62,949 nt of DNA, filler included, from Choristocarpus tenellus KU-1152 (GCA_964200185.2; 10 parts of 10 records of this genome joined end to end with filler, not necessarily neighbours in it); one strand, 5' to 3'. Counted from the first letter of the whole stretch, positions 35,801-49,641 are shown. The notes: generated by a model from the sequence alone, not told the origin. Program-made: numbers and translations.

Positions 35801-36970
35801 GGTGATGTGGTTTGTACAAGAAAGGGATAGATAGGTCAGATCCACCAAAAAACTAACCAGAAGTTGTAAATCCGAATATAGTATGTGATTTGTACCTTTT
35901 CAAATACAGATAACATACTTCATGAAGTATTGCGCATTTCCAATGTTCAGAAACCAACTTTGTTTTAGCCTCAGGCTATTGATGGGACCACCCTGAGATC
36001 GATGATCCTGAAAATACGTGCATTACTCATTTTGGAAGTTGTAAATCCGAATATAGTATGTGATTTATATCTTTAAAATATAAGTCACATACTTAATTGG
36101 TATTGTACGTTTCCAATGTTCAGAAATTAACTTTGTTTGTGCTCGGGGAGATTCATAGGACCCGTCATGAGATCCATGATCCTCAAAATCTTACAATTTG
36201 TTTGACAGAAGTTGTAAAAACGATTACACCCGTACTTACAATTTCTTTTAAATACAAAGCACATACTTCATTGATCTCGTACTTTTCGAATATTCAGAAA
36301 GCAAAAGGTCAACAAAAAGTGGCACCCTCTAAGTTTTTAAAATACAAAATCTTAAATTGTTGGACATATTATGCATATTCTTAAAAACTCTAGAGACAAC
36401 AAAAAGGGGTTATTTGAGTTTTTGAAGCGCCATTCCACACCTTCGAAACTCAAGGACATCCAAAACACGTGCATGAGTATTTTTAGAAATAGTAAATCCA
36501 GTAATAACCGTTCTTACCGTTTTTGAAAATACCAAGCACGCACTTCATGGGTCTCAAACATTCCAATTTCCTAAAATAAAAGGTCACTTCCAACTGGTAT
36601 CCACAATTTATTTAAATACTAAAACCGCTTTTTGGCGACCTTAGTATTTTTGAAAATACAAGAGACCACGAAAAGAGACTCTTTAAGTATTGAACGTCAT
36701 TTGGTTCTTCATAACTCAAGGACAGCCAAAACACGTGCGTTAAGGTTTTTACGAAATCATAATGATATTCTAATCTTTACATCAACGAATACAATTACAA
36801 ACCACATCCTTCATTGATGCAATATGTTTCAAACGTACGAAACGAAAAGGTCGCAAAAAAAATTATTACTCCCCATCCATCAAAATTTTATCAGCCACAG
36901 AAAAAGCCTCCATGTCTACCTTCGTCGTGTTTTCAAGGTCACCCAACAACTGCCTCCTCCTTACCTCTGT
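35801..36970. repeat. Degenerate AT-rich subterminal repeats of a large DNA transposon
   Basis: Repeated GAAGTTGTAAATCCGAATATAGTATGTGATTT...CATACTT...TTTCCAATGTTCAGAAA units. Homologous (rc) to 5750-6240; 36865-36970 is homologous (rc) to 28045-28152. Confidence 0.65.
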
Positions 36971-37728
36971 GTGCTCCACAATGAAGTCATTCCCCCCTTT
37001 GTATCTAAGTACTTGATTGTACACAAAAAGGAACTGTAAGTCCTCTCAAGTGAGGTTTCATCATACTCCTCATGCTGGTTTCTTAATGACCTTCACCTCC
37101 TCGATGGACCCAAACAGCTCCCCCATCACCCGGTACTTCAAAGACCTCAAGAAGAACGGGTCCATGATATTGAGGTCGGAGGAGTTAGATGGCTGCGTCA
37201 CAAGCTCTAATCGACCACCTCTCAGTCTTCTCTGCCTCTGACAAGATTTCTGAGTTGTCGTTGTCCGTGTGGGGGGGTGGCATCATCTTGCTGAATGACA
37301 ACGTGCTTCCCCTGCAACCAAGGCATCTTGGCCTTGATTGCAGGTAGTAACTCTTCCGTGTACCACTTCCTGTGCTGCAAATGATCTAAAGTATGTTAAG
37401 CTGTCCTTGACGATCTGTTGTCCTACACAACCAGTTGTATTATTTTTATTAACTTGTATCACAGTTAAGAAGAGGTGAGACACCATCACTAGATGGGGCT
37501 CACCAGACCTTACAGTAAATGACTCAGAATACCAAATGACTTGACAGTTTTTTAGCATACGTCAGAAACACTCCGACTCTAACATTCCACCAATTGCTTC
37601 TGGTCAAATACCCGCCTATATATCCTTAATATCCCGCAACATTGTCTGTGTGTATATAAAATATCACTTCGAATCATATTCTCACAAATGGTCAAGCATA
37701 ATCTTGACATACTCCCCTGCTCTGACTA

Positions 37729-37888
37729 TAACAGTCGATTTCATTATTAAAAACAAACATACCGACACTTTATCCCAGTCAATTTTGGGTCAAGCCCATC
37801 CNNNNNNNNNNCACTTTATTTCATTTTTTTTTTTGTCAAGCCCATCCTCAATGAAAAGCTCCATCCTCAATTTTTGAAATCGGCTGTT
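37729..37888. mobile_element. Short family C TIR element
   Basis: AACAGTCGATTTCA...TGAAATCGGCTGTT with CTAT on both flanks. Contains a 10-N gap. Confidence 0.75.
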
Positions 37889-38047
37889 CTATGCAGTGAG
37901 AATCAAATCAGTCCAACAATAAATCCCAACTTGAAATCAACTCAATCGGCACACTTCGAATCTTATGCCCACACATGGGCAAGCAAAGTCTTGACATACT
38001 CCCCTGCTCTGTCCATGCAGAAAGAATCTAATGAACTCAATCTGCAC

Positions 38048-39385
38048 ACTACCCCTTTCTCACAGTGTATGATAGTTCTAGAATGGAATTCAAACACACT
38101 ACTGCTCAAAGCCTTTGGAAACAAATGTCCATGTTGTTCACCTGAGTTTACAAAGACAATCTGTGCCTTCCCCCCTCCTTCACTAAGTTCCTTACATAAT
38201 GATACTGAATATCTCTATGTTTTGTCCTACCCCCCAAAGCTGTCTTCTCAGCCAGCTTGATTGCCCCACTATTGTCTTCAATCAATTGTACACAATACTT
38301 GTGCATAGTTGACTCAAAGAAAAATTGGACTTGCTGCAAAAAATAACCTCCTTGGCCAAATCACGAAACGACACATACTCAGCCTCAGTGGTAGATAAAG
38401 CAACAGTTTTCTGCATTTTAGACCACCAGCTCACACATGCACCCCCAAACATTTCCATACCACCAGACACAGAAAATCTTGAAATCTCACAATTGGCATA
38501 GTCTGCATCAGCATAGCCAATGAGTTGGTCCCTAGGTGCATCACCATAAAAACTGAAATCAACAAAAGTCAAGCCCCTCTTATTGATCCTCAACAAATAT
38601 GCAATCACTCTTTCCGCCCCTTTCCAATCCATCACTATGGGATTCACACACTTCCTTGCTAGGCTCCTTACCGCAGATGGTACATCAAGTCTGGTCATAA
38701 TGGATGCCCATATCAAGCTCCCAACCATTGTACGATAACCATCTCTAATGAGCAAAAATATCTTAGAGGGTAGAGCCGCGTCCATTTGAGGCCAAAATCC
38801 AATGTTGCGATTTTGATGTAATTTCAGCTATCCTGCTTGTTAGGAAGTGTCAATATATCCTTGTTCCGCATACACCGTTTCATAACATGTGCATTTTACC
38901 AACTCCAAAACAATTTGGAGTAGGAAAATGTTATTAAAAAAGGCCATGGGAAGCCAAGCCCAAATGGACAAACAGGGCAAAACTCGTATCGTCTAAAACA
39001 CTTTCACTCTAATTGGTCCCTCCTCAACAAACTCTTTAGTAGCAACAGCAGGGAGGTCGCAGCCACTCGTGATCCCATATTTGGCTGCCAAGTTTTCAAC
39101 ACACATCTGTTGGGGTCTATGGAAAATGTCCCAAGTCCACAATCTCTGTTAATACGATATCGCATAAACTGTCCCTTCTCCCCAAGGTACTCCAAAGGAA
39201 TTTTTTTGTTTAGTCCCTGAATTATATCCAAGGCATGATTAGACCCCTTGCTGGCCATAAGCATATCATCAACATGAAGATGCATGATTAGTACCAGTTC
39301 CCCATCCAACATCCATCTATCCAACATCCATCTAAACTAACAAAGATAAACCTCACATTGTTCCAGTCCCAGCTCCAGTAATGAT
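38048..39385 (-). pseudogene. Ty1/Copia RT-RNase H remnant
   Basis: HVDDML, YRTMVGSLIW..TRLDV, GYADADYA, WWSKMQKTVALSTTEAEY, RTKHRDIQYH. PPT GAGAAAGGGGTAG precedes TGTGCAG. Confidence 0.93.
38750..39009. mobile_element. MITE family A inserted in Copia RT
   Basis: Full TIRs with 4-bp TSD TAAT. Confidence 0.93.
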
Positions 39386-39804
39386 GCCACAAGTAAGCAG
39401 GGCATGTTAAAACATAGGCTACTCATTTGTTCCTTGTTGATATGATGCACATCTACCAGCTTGTACTGACTGTTGATTGGTGCACTGCACTGGTTGTTAG
39501 TGTATCACATTTATTTATTGCGCATTCCAACTCATCATCACATCGATGACAGTAGATAGAAGTATAGCATCAGTTGATATTCAGTTGATCCACGTCACAC
39601 ACAGGAACATCATAGCACACGTCATCTAAGTTACTTCGGAACTTGCATCAAGTGCGTTCCACTGTTACCTTGTGTTCCCTTTCTATTTTGTTGTTGTTGC
39701 CATCNNNNNNNNNNNNNNNNNNNNNNNNNNNNNNNNNNNNNNNNNNNNTTAATTAATTAANNNNNNNNNNNNNNNNNNNNNNNNNNNNNNNNNNNNNNNN
39801 NNNN

Positions 39805-39959
39805 GGGTTCTACATGAGGGTGTCCATTTGGACTCTGACCAGGAGAATTGCGCATAAACTATCCTTCCGATGCATGCAACCAAATCTCTATACAATCACC
39901 ACATGGAAATAATACCCCTGAATGGATAGCTGCCACACCCGTACTAGATACTTTGATCC
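39805..39959. mobile_element. MITE family B, diverged partial copy
   Basis: Homologous to 8770-8921 and ends AGATACTTTGATCC. Confidence 0.7.
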
Positions 39960-41448
39960 AAATGATGTTGCACTACAGTTGTGTTGCAGTCATATTTGTA
40001 CAAGATTACCACAAGAGTGAATAGTTGGAGTACCAATGACCAATCATTGGACCTTTCCCTGGACAGATGGATGTGGACCAGGGCATGATAGAGTTTGGTG
40101 TCCCTGGTGGTGTGGAGGGGGGTCTCTGTGCCCTGGATTCTTCTGTGGCGGCATCTCAATCTGAGGTGGTCTCAGAATGTGAGACAAGTCGTAAATGGTC
40201 TCCACACTCTGGGGCATCGGAAATATCACCACCATTGGTGGCTTCACGTGGATCTTCTAGTTCAGATGAGGTATCATTGATAGATCGATCTGTCCCACCA
40301 GTACCTCCATCTGCTGCTGTACCTACACATTCACCATCTGGGGTGGCTACACCCAATGGGCACCTCCCTCCACTGTGCCCATTGACGTCATCTTCCCTCT
40401 TGGGTGGAGCTTCCTGCTCCAGGCTTGGGAAAGGAAAGGGGAAAGGGAAAGGCAAATGCACTATCTGGGTGAGTGATCTTGTGGGGATGTGTTGTAGAGC
40501 TTATCTATTCTAAGAGGCACAGTGTCCAAACCTTGTTAAGTGGAAGATATGAAGCAAGAGTCACATGAATTACATGATGGGAATAATTTTATTGTATTGT
40601 GTGTTTTGTATGGTCTTGACATTTGTCTTGGGGGGGTTGTGAAAGTTAGTGCGAGGAAAATCAGTGTTGTAGATTTTGTCGATGAATATTACTGTATGAA
40701 ATCATCTTTGATTAGTTGAACACCTTGAAGAAAGTCATGACGTGAAAATCATTGAGGTGATGCACTTGTTTATTTTGATACCACAAGGACACGATTGAAT
40801 AATATTTACAGGATTGGAGTATGTATGTAAGAATTGGAAACATAACAAATTACCTGCATTTTCATCTTTTTTCTCACTGTAATGTTGTGTTTTGATGTGA
40901 TGCTTGAATGATTTATGTATATATTGAATAGTATATGTATGGATTGTAAATTAGTTTTGGTTGAGAATACTGTGAATTACGGCAAGTTTATTGTTCTGAA
41001 AAGGTGTACTTGCCGAACTCAATATTGATAGATGAATCTATAATGAAGCTGAACATATATTTTTGATATATCAATATTGTGTGGGCCATTTTAGCTGACA
41101 TGATACACATGACTGGGTCGAGTCAATAATCGGTCCTTGTTAAGTATGTAGTGACAAGAGGGTTGGTTCCTGGGCCGTAAGAATTTCAATCCAACCATGT
41201 CACAGGTTGGTACTGTTAATCCATATATCAACGGGGCTGGTCCAGGATAGTATGTAATCTGAATCAGACTATGCGACTGCAGACCAGCCCTGGTGAACAT
41301 GTTTGAACATGACTGGTCCAGAGGTGTGAAAGATTGTATACTTGACAGGACTATGGGGTAGTGTGAGGTCCTGTCTTATCGAAACATGTTTAGAAGATGG
41401 TATGGAGATACCTCAGGCAGGAGGTCTTGGTTGATCATATTTTGGTGA

Positions 41449-41708
41449 GAATGAAAGTATCTTAGAGGGTACAATTTTTTTCCTACTTGTCCATTTGGGG
41501 CTTGGTTTCCCATGTTTTTTTTAATGACATTTTCCTACTCCAAAATGTTTTGGAGTAGGTAAAAATGTATACATTATGAAAAGGTGTGTCCGGAACAAGG
41601 ATATTGACCCTTCCTAACTAACACGATAGCCAAAATTAATTCCAAATGGAAACATTGCCTTTTGACCCTTAAATGGACACGTCCCTACCCTCTATGATAC
41701 TTTGGCTC
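41449..41708. mobile_element. MITE family A
   Basis: Full TIRs, TGA on both flanks, perfect internal hairpin CCTACTCCAAAA-TG-TTTTGGAGTAGG. Confidence 0.92.
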
Positions 41709-43775
41709 TGATGGGTATGTAAGCTGCTTAACACATTTTCAAAATCACAAGTTTGCCAAATATTTTTGGGATATTTCATTTGGGATATTTTCTCCAATTT
41801 CGAATGTGTATTCAATTGAACTAAAGATGAAAGAGGTATGATCACTAGATGACATAGAATAGAGAAGGTCAACAAGGCAGGACTAGTGTGCCAAGTGTTT
41901 CACAGTTGAGTTTGATGGTCAGTGTACACCCAAATATAGAAGTAGATGATATGTGACCGTTCGGACTAGAAAGGCAAACCATGCCATGAAATAGGGTCTT
42001 GGTATCCCAGAGTTTGTTTATCCGTAAACCATTCTTGTCAACTCATGTAGCTCAACACAGCTTTAGCACCCTTTGTCCAGACGTTCTTCCTCTACACAAG
42101 GCTGACACTATCCTTGGTTTTTATTATCAAAATGACTGAAATCTATTAGAAGGAGGAACCAGGTTCAGGCTCAGGGTCAACCACGGAAACAACTCGGGTT
42201 TAGATCCAAGTTCTAGGACCAGGAGATACCCAAATAAAGGGAAAGTACTGGCTACAGATCATACTCTGCTTTGAGTAGAGGCTCCGGCTCAGGCCCGTAC
42301 TCTGTTTTGACCTCAGGCTCAGGCTCAGGCTCAGCAACGGTGAGTGAGATATTCAGTTGGAGCAGGACCCTTGTGATATCGTTGCAAAGACTGTTGATTG
42401 TATACATACAAGATTTCTTTATATTTCTTGGAAGTGGAGGGCCGTATGGTCTTACCACTCTTAGAGTAGGTAGTACTCGCCAACATAGTGAGAACACAGT
42501 GACAAGGTCAGAGCTACCTTAGCTGCAGAGGAAGATTTTGATCACATATTGGTGTACTTGTTTTCCATTTTCTGTTGCTGACTCTTTGTGTGCTACCTCT
42601 TGAAGTGTAATATGTGAAGTGTATGGGGGAGGGTACTTGGCTACAGTCTGATATTCAGCTGTGGTGTCATCTGATAGTAGCTTCAGATGCCAAGCCTTAC
42701 ATCTTTTCCGACTGTGTTTCCTTGCCTGTTCATGTGTCCCCCTGTACAGTCACTGCTGCTGCCCAGATCTGTAGGGCAGACAGAGGCATTGCTTGGGTCA
42801 GGGGTTAGAGGAAGGGGGAAGAGGGAGAGGCCACCCTCTGTGAGTGATGGTGGAATTGACGTGGGACCTCCCAGCGAGGTTGGTGGTGTATGCATGGGAG
42901 GAGACCCCGGCGATGTTGACGGAGACATTCCCCCTTGAATCGAACTCGCGCACTAGGGGTGTGAATGTATCTGGTGTAGTGCTGCGAAGGTCCAGACGAT
43001 GTGCTAAGCTAAGCCCAGAGTTTGGTTTGTACTAGGCACTCAGGTATCTTAGAGGTGTGGTGCATGCCATTGTCCCAGTGTCTATGCCATTATCAGGGGC
43101 TGGGCCAGGACCAGGGGTAGGACCAGGGAACGAGGGCTCATAGTGGTGGGTGATGACGAGATTGTTCGTAATTGGTAGAGTGAGCTCGATCTATGGCATC
43201 ACTTCATCTCTTGTTCATGTTCCTGGAGGAGGGTCCCTTTGGCCTTGTGAAGATTGAGGGGCACTGGCACATGGCCTTTTGGCGTCATTTGTGCATGAAC
43301 CCGCCAATGGTAGGGACAGGTAGGTGTATCCATATGTATGTATGTATGCATGCATGCATGTTATCTGGTGTCAATTTTAGAAGGGGAGCTAGTATTACAT
43401 CATTTTATCTACATATTGAAATCTCTATTGGTTCTTCTAGCCACAATATTGTAGTGAGAGTCTGTGAAAACACTCTCCAATACACCACCTGGGGATGCTT
43501 TCTGTTGTGTTGTAGTTTGTTTACCTGAGACCCTTTGGGCGTCAGGATGATTTTTGGTGTATGGAAGGGCGCTTGTGCAGTGTATGTAGGAGTGGTCTGA
43601 TCATCAACACTGAGTTTCCTTGGTCAATGAGCATGAGGATGGTGTTTGATTTTGGGTTAGGCACAGCTGCATCAGTCACAACTATGTTATCGATTGATGA
43701 GTACTGGGGTATTGATGGCATGTAGGAGTATAATTTGAGTGTGATTAAAGTAGCAAATATGCTTTTTATTGATCA

Positions 43776-43802
43776 TGTGTGTGTGTGTGTGTGTGTGTGT
43801 GT
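43776..43802. repeat. (GT)n microsatellite
   Basis: Visible dinucleotide run. Confidence 0.9.
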
Positions 43803-46800
43803 TGAGTGTTGAAGTGTTGTGGAGATGACTTGGGAAGTCCCTGGACTGCAATAGGATTGTTTGTGGTCTCAGGCATGTAGCAGTGTGATGTGTTCTCCTG
43901 TGGGCAAGGTTTGGTAGGTGATGTATATGAGGCATAAACTGATTTGCACCTAGTTGTGCTGTCATAGCCCGGATTTCGAATATTGAATATTGTACTCCTA
44001 TTTGTCAAGGCGATTGTGGCTGTGAGTTGCATAGGTCTTTTTTGTGTGTGAGACAACTGTTTAAAATATCAAGGAAGGGGTGGGTTGTATTGGTTGACGC
44101 GTGAGGAGTTTGACGTACACATAGTTGGGAGGAACAATATTAGAGGATAGGTGTGGGTTGGAAGGAGGAATTGCTGTAGGGGTGGATGAGTGAATGGTGA
44201 TACAGAGTGTTGGATTATTGAATGTACTGCAGTAGGAAAGGAGGTGGACTCAAGTAGAGTAGAAGTACTGCTGCATCACTCACTCTGCTAAATGTAACGT
44301 CTATCACGTTGGAGGTTTATCCATGGTGGGGGAGGAAGCAATGGTGTTCGTAGTGGTGTAATGCGAGGTTAGAAGTGGGCACCGAGGATTTGTGAAGGCA
44401 TGGTGTATTGCCATTCCATTGGGAGGCGAGTAGAGTCAAGGTTCAGGTTGACGTGAGAGAGAGGAGTGAAACATTCCAGGCAGGAGTCATGTTGAAGGGA
44501 GGAACCAAGAAGGGTAAGCTAACTTGAGACCTTTGTGGCTACAGCTCAGCTCTAGGTACTATTATGTTGTTTTTATTGTATGGTTGATGTACGTGGGAAG
44601 GACGTCTGGTGTAGAATATGTGAGGGAAATTATAATGGAATCTTATTCAGGATGTGGGGTGTGCAGTCCAATTTTCAGTGGATAGTAGTGGTAGTGATGA
44701 TGATAGTGGGAAGGGGGATAGTAGTCGTGGAAGGTGGGTGAGGAGAGAGAGCATGGTACATGGTACATGATTTGTGTACATTATTCCTGGTTGGTGCTTG
44801 TTGGTGAGGAAATTACACAAGCAGGAGACTCCAGATTGTGAGTGGCAGCCCAGGGTGATGAGGGGGACCAACAACTTGAACATTGTTCTATTGTGCTTTG
44901 TTGTAGAGCTGTACTTTCGGAGCATTTTGCTGTTATCTTGTGTTGATGAAAGCAAACAAGGTTATGCACTATGTGTAGTTGCAGCTTTTGTTGCAAAAAG
45001 ATCTTGTTCAATGTATGTATGGTCCTATCCTACTGATGAGCAAGCAATAGAATACTTAGTTTGGTGACCTAAAACATAATACATTCTTGGGGTGTTGGTC
45101 GAGTATGAGAGCATATTGGGTTTCTCTTGTTAACACACATTACATACATACATATATATGTATTACGTATTACGCACATACCGTGATCCTCTCTAGAGTA
45201 CTAGCTCTATGCCATCATTAATCCTTGAGTATAAGATTTTACTTTTCTTCACTCTACCAAAAACATGTTAATAAGCTTGCCTTCTGCTCTATTCCAGTGT
45301 TTGGATTATGTTAATAGAGAATATGTATGTCCTATAAAAGATAGATGGCTAGAAGATGAATGCTGTGTTTTCAGACGACTTGTACATTTTGTTAGTGTGC
45401 CCAACAAACTGTAGGAATAATTGACCAAGGAAAACACTTAATCCTACAATTACATGTCAATTTATACAGTGAATGGGTCACACTCATTGCGAAGTTTTGG
45501 ATGATGGACGGTAATTGAAATGTTGTAACAATGTGAATTCGACGGTACGCCATATTATATTACTGGGAAAAGTATTGAAGACATTATGAAGATAATGGTA
45601 GTGTGAAAAGACGTAGGTGGAGAGAAGAAAGAAAGATCTCCAAGAAATATATTGGAAGGGATATCTAAAATATGAAGAAGCAACATGCGCCTGAACCATC
45701 GCACTCTGTAAGAGAGAAAACACTCCTTGGAAAGAAGAACGTTTACTGGGTACAGTGGTGACCAAGTTGTGGAGGGTCGTCATTCATGGTATCTACTCCT
45801 CTTCGAACCAATCCCTAACCCTAAACGTGTAAACAAAATATTTGGTACAAGAGCAAATATGAGTTGGTTGTATCCCCATGAGTACCTGCTTGCCCAGCAT
45901 ACCTCTTGGCACGTAAGATGTGTACCTCGTAATACACATGAGTACCGTGTAGGGGCATCAAATAGTGCAATACTTCGTGCTTCCACTAGTACGGAATATC
46001 TATTTGATGTATGGTACAGGCACACACTTTTACTACAGAAGTGGTTGAAATTTCCGACATCGTGTTGCTTACGATCCTTCAGGTGGCATTTTTTATCATT
46101 CAGACGGAATATGGCGGTGCCTAACCCTAAACCTAAACCTATCGTATTCCGCCTGACTTGTGATGGATGTCCTTCATGTCACATGATCCAAGGTCAGAAA
46201 AGATGACATACAAATATATATCCAACATAGATATGTGGTTCAAGAGCTGGGTAGTCCAAGGTCCACAACAGTTTACATGGGTTTCCAGAGTGTGGAAGAC
46301 AATGCACCTCCTGTATTTCGTCTTACGAATCTAATACTCCAAGACAGTAATCGTGCTCTGTGCCATCATGGGATGTGTCCTCCATCACCCGATATTTTGT
46401 GGATGCCCCTGTGCATCCTTCGGGCTCATGCGTTCATCGATGACCCAACGCCACCATGTACTCTTTTGCATCATTCCAAATCCACTATTTCCAGTCATAC
46501 CTCTGCCCATTTCCTTTCCCAGACTATGTGCATACTGGTGGTATGGTGTGAAAGGTATTGCAAGATGCCGTACATTCATTTTTGTTCCTGGACTTAGGGT
46601 TAGACGTATAAAGCTGGTTAAGGGTTACTCCCCATCCTGCATTCATCCGAGAAACCAACACAATTTTCGATCAACTCAAGCCAGTCCCCCCTCGCCCTTA
46701 GGCCTTCATAAAATATCACCCGCCCAGGAAACAAGGACGACGCCCATTTCCGGCGCTCAACGAGGAAATGTGATAGTAAAGGCTCTAACTCTGCGAATCC

Positions 46801-48045
46801 TGTACTTGTGTATGAACGACGGGAAAGACCATAAATGCTTTTGTCCTGACTAATCCCTGTACTATACTCAAGTAATAGTGTATCTGTAGCCACTCTTGGA
46901 GACCTATAAACCTGGGTTCGGACCTCAAAATGAGCGCCATCCTTCAAAAAATAAAGCAAAAATTGGGGGAAAAAACTAAGCTCGTACTCTGGAGGGCATT
47001 GATTGTGATTTTATTTTTAAACACGATGTCTACATCAAACGTTATGACAGGACAACCCCAGAGGCATAACCTATTGGTACCACTATAAGAGGGAGTTTTT
47101 CCACTCACGCTTGCTTCCTCGCAAGCCCTCTACTACCAACTTCAGTGACATTTGTTGGATGGCTGCCCTCGCATGACCCGATGAGGTCAATGGTTGGTGC
47201 TTTGATAGTACACAAAAAGACGGCTACAAAGTCAAGCCACCTTAGTTGATGCCTCTACAACACACACAAGGGCGGCATTACACAACACACACAAGGGCGG
47301 CATTACACAACACACATCATCATCCGATCGCAATTGTTTAACCAACATTTTAACTTGCCTTGTCAAACGTTGAATACCTTGAACATATAAATCCAACCAA
47401 TATTTTCAACATACAGGCCCCACACTGAGGTATGACATGTTCATTAGCAAATCAAGCTATATACTAGTGTATAAGACGAGAACGTTACCGTCGCTCTCTG
47501 ATGCAAGAACAACCGAGAAATTCCGACCCGTAAGGCTTGAGTTCGAACTCGGTCACCCTCTCACTCCATACATCCTGCATTAGAATCCAATCAAATTGGA
47601 GTCTATATAATCACCTCTCTTTGCGATGGTCAAAACTCAGATAGAAGTGTACTACCATAGGATTCGTCGAAATGTTGAAAGAACGTTGTTTTTAGAGGTG
47701 TTTACTACTTGCCTTCGTTTTCCTTACCGTACCAACTTGGTCATGAAAAACACGCAGTCCCTCGCTTGGTTGACTTTTCACGAGGGTTTCCTATTACTAG
47801 TCCGGATAATTTCTGATCTTTTTACACAACAACAAATAACCAAGATGCAGGCGGAGTGGTTTGACGTGACAGCATTAACCCCTAATCGTGAACAAAACCA
47901 TATTATGTACCGTCACAGGTTAGTTGCAGTGTTGCACAGGACCGCCAATGACGATAGAAGAAGATATGATTTATAATCTGGTCCTTATCTGTATCGCTAA
48001 ATCATTACTCTCTTTTTTCGGACTGGACCTTCTTTAAGTGATTTT

Positions 48046-48117
48046 GAGTGAAAGTATCTTAGAGGGTACGAGTTTTTCCCTGTTTGTCCATTTGGGGCTT
48101 GGCTTCCCACGGGCTTT
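48046..48117. mobile_element. MITE family A, partial at contig end
   Basis: GAGTGAAAGTATCTTAGAGGGTACGAG... runs into the linker. Confidence 0.9.
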
Positions 48118-48774
48118 NNNNNNNNNNNNNNNNNNNNNNNNNNNNNNNNNNNNNNNNNNNNTTAATTAATTAANNNNNNNNNNNNNNNNNNNNNNNNNNN
48201 NNNNNNNNNNNNNNNNNAATTTTGGGTCAAGCCCATCCTCAATGAAAAGCTCCATCCTCAATTTTTGAAATCGGCTGTTAATTGGTAAGTAATATGTACA
48301 TCTCAAACATCTCAACATCTCAAACAAATATTCTCTTTATTCTTTCGCCTTGATATTTTGATGATCCCCCTCTCTTGACATTCTCATAACTGTTGTGGAG
48401 TTATCTGTAATTCCCTGCAGTCTTAGTAGTTGTCCAACCTTAACCTCGTCCTCTCCATTGTGTTTCATCTTGGTTTGTGTGGTTCGTTTTACCTGGAGAT
48501 TCTCTCCACCATTCTTGTGTGATTGCATCAGGTTGTACAGAATCATATGATTAATATATATATATATATCCTCTATTCAATCATGATTGGATAGTTCAGA
48601 CATGTTGAGAGATAAAATGATGCCCATCTTTTATGGAATCATCATGATTGGATAGTTTTGACATGCTGAGAGATAAAATAGTGTTCATTTCATAATCCAT
48701 ATTCTACAACATTGTGAGATGCCCATCTTTTAACAGTAAGAACCCTCATCGTACTGTTCTTAATTGCCGTAAGC

Positions 48775-49641
48775 ATGTCATCGAGATCGACCCCCCCCAC
48801 TTCTTCGCCAATATTGTTTCACCTAGGCTATCGTCTTCCCGACGACCTGTCCACTCTTTCCCAACTCCGTGAAACCCGCTTCGTTTTGCTGTGTGGGCCA
48901 TCTTCTCGAGCGTATGACATATGCAATCGCCTGAAGAGGGGACCAAGTCCCCCAGATCTGTGTCTCACTGATCGGTACACGCTGTTGCAACCAATGCCAT
49001 CGGTGCTCGTCGCTGCGCATGGCATTGGCACTGGTAGCGTGGATGTGCTGTTGCATGAGCTCCATATTGCGCTGTGTGAGGGGGGGGCGTCCGATTGGTC
49101 GCTTCTGCGCGTCGGGAGTTGTGGTGGGTTGGGCGTGGCGCCCGGGACTGTGGTGGTGACCAGGCGTCCTCTGAACGGGTTGTTCAAGAATGAGCTGCGT
49201 ATGTTCATATTGGGCGAGGACGTGCATATGGCGGCAAGTTTTGACGAGAAGCTTTCCGCTGCGCTGCATACATTTGGACAGAAACGGATGGGGGAGGGTT
49301 GTGTGACTGGGGATACTGTTTGCGCGGAGACGTTTTATTTGGCGCAGGGAAGAAGAGACGGTGCCTTTTGTGGTTTTGATGCAGAGCAGCGCCATAGGTT
49401 TTTGAGGACATGCCAGGAAAAGGGCGTGGTAAACTTTGAGATGGAAAGCCTGGCTATTGCAGCGTTTGCAACAGAGATGAACGTGCCTGCTGCTATGGTG
49501 TGTGCCGTGCTTGTTGATCGTCTGCAGGACGAAACACCAACATATGATCACGATGACCTTGTGGAGTTTCAGGTGCGAGCTGTACAGCTAGCTATTGATT
49601 ACATCATGGAGCAGATTGGGGTGTTGCCTAGCAGAGTGTAG
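48775..49641 (+). CDS. UPP: Uridine phosphorylase (eukaryotic UPP1/2 type, NP-I family), intronless
   Basis: 288 aa with LFHLG, TDRY, HGIG, RVGSCGG, FYLAQGRRDGA, NFEMES and VDRL motifs of dimeric eukaryotic uridine phosphorylases. Confidence 0.93.
   Translation: MSSRSTPPTSSPILFHLGYRLPDDLSTLSQLRETRFVLLCGPSSRAYDICNRLKRGPSPPDLCLTDRYTLLQPMPSVLVAAHGIGTGSVDVLLHELHIALCEGGASDWSLLRVGSCGGLGVAPGTVVVTRRPLNGLFKNELRMFILGEDVHMAASFDEKLSAALHTFGQKRMGEGCVTGDTVCAETFYLAQGRRDGAFCGFDAEQRHRFLRTCQEKGVVNFEMESLAIAAFATEMNVPAAMVCAVLVDRLQDETPTYDHDDLVEFQVRAVQLAIDYIMEQIGVLPSRV

Noticed and set aside
40500-44650. Strand-biased (GT-rich +) decayed region as a LINE or Helitron
   Set aside because: No convincing RT, endonuclease or Rep/helicase motif could be read, so it is left unclassified.
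45484-46960. Degenerate coding-like region with CCCTAA motifs as a telomere or gene
   Set aside because: There are only 1-2 telomere-like units at a time, and the ORFs are short, interrupted and motif-free.
48823-49551. 242-aa - strand ORF
   Set aside because: It is the antisense shadow of uridine phosphorylase.
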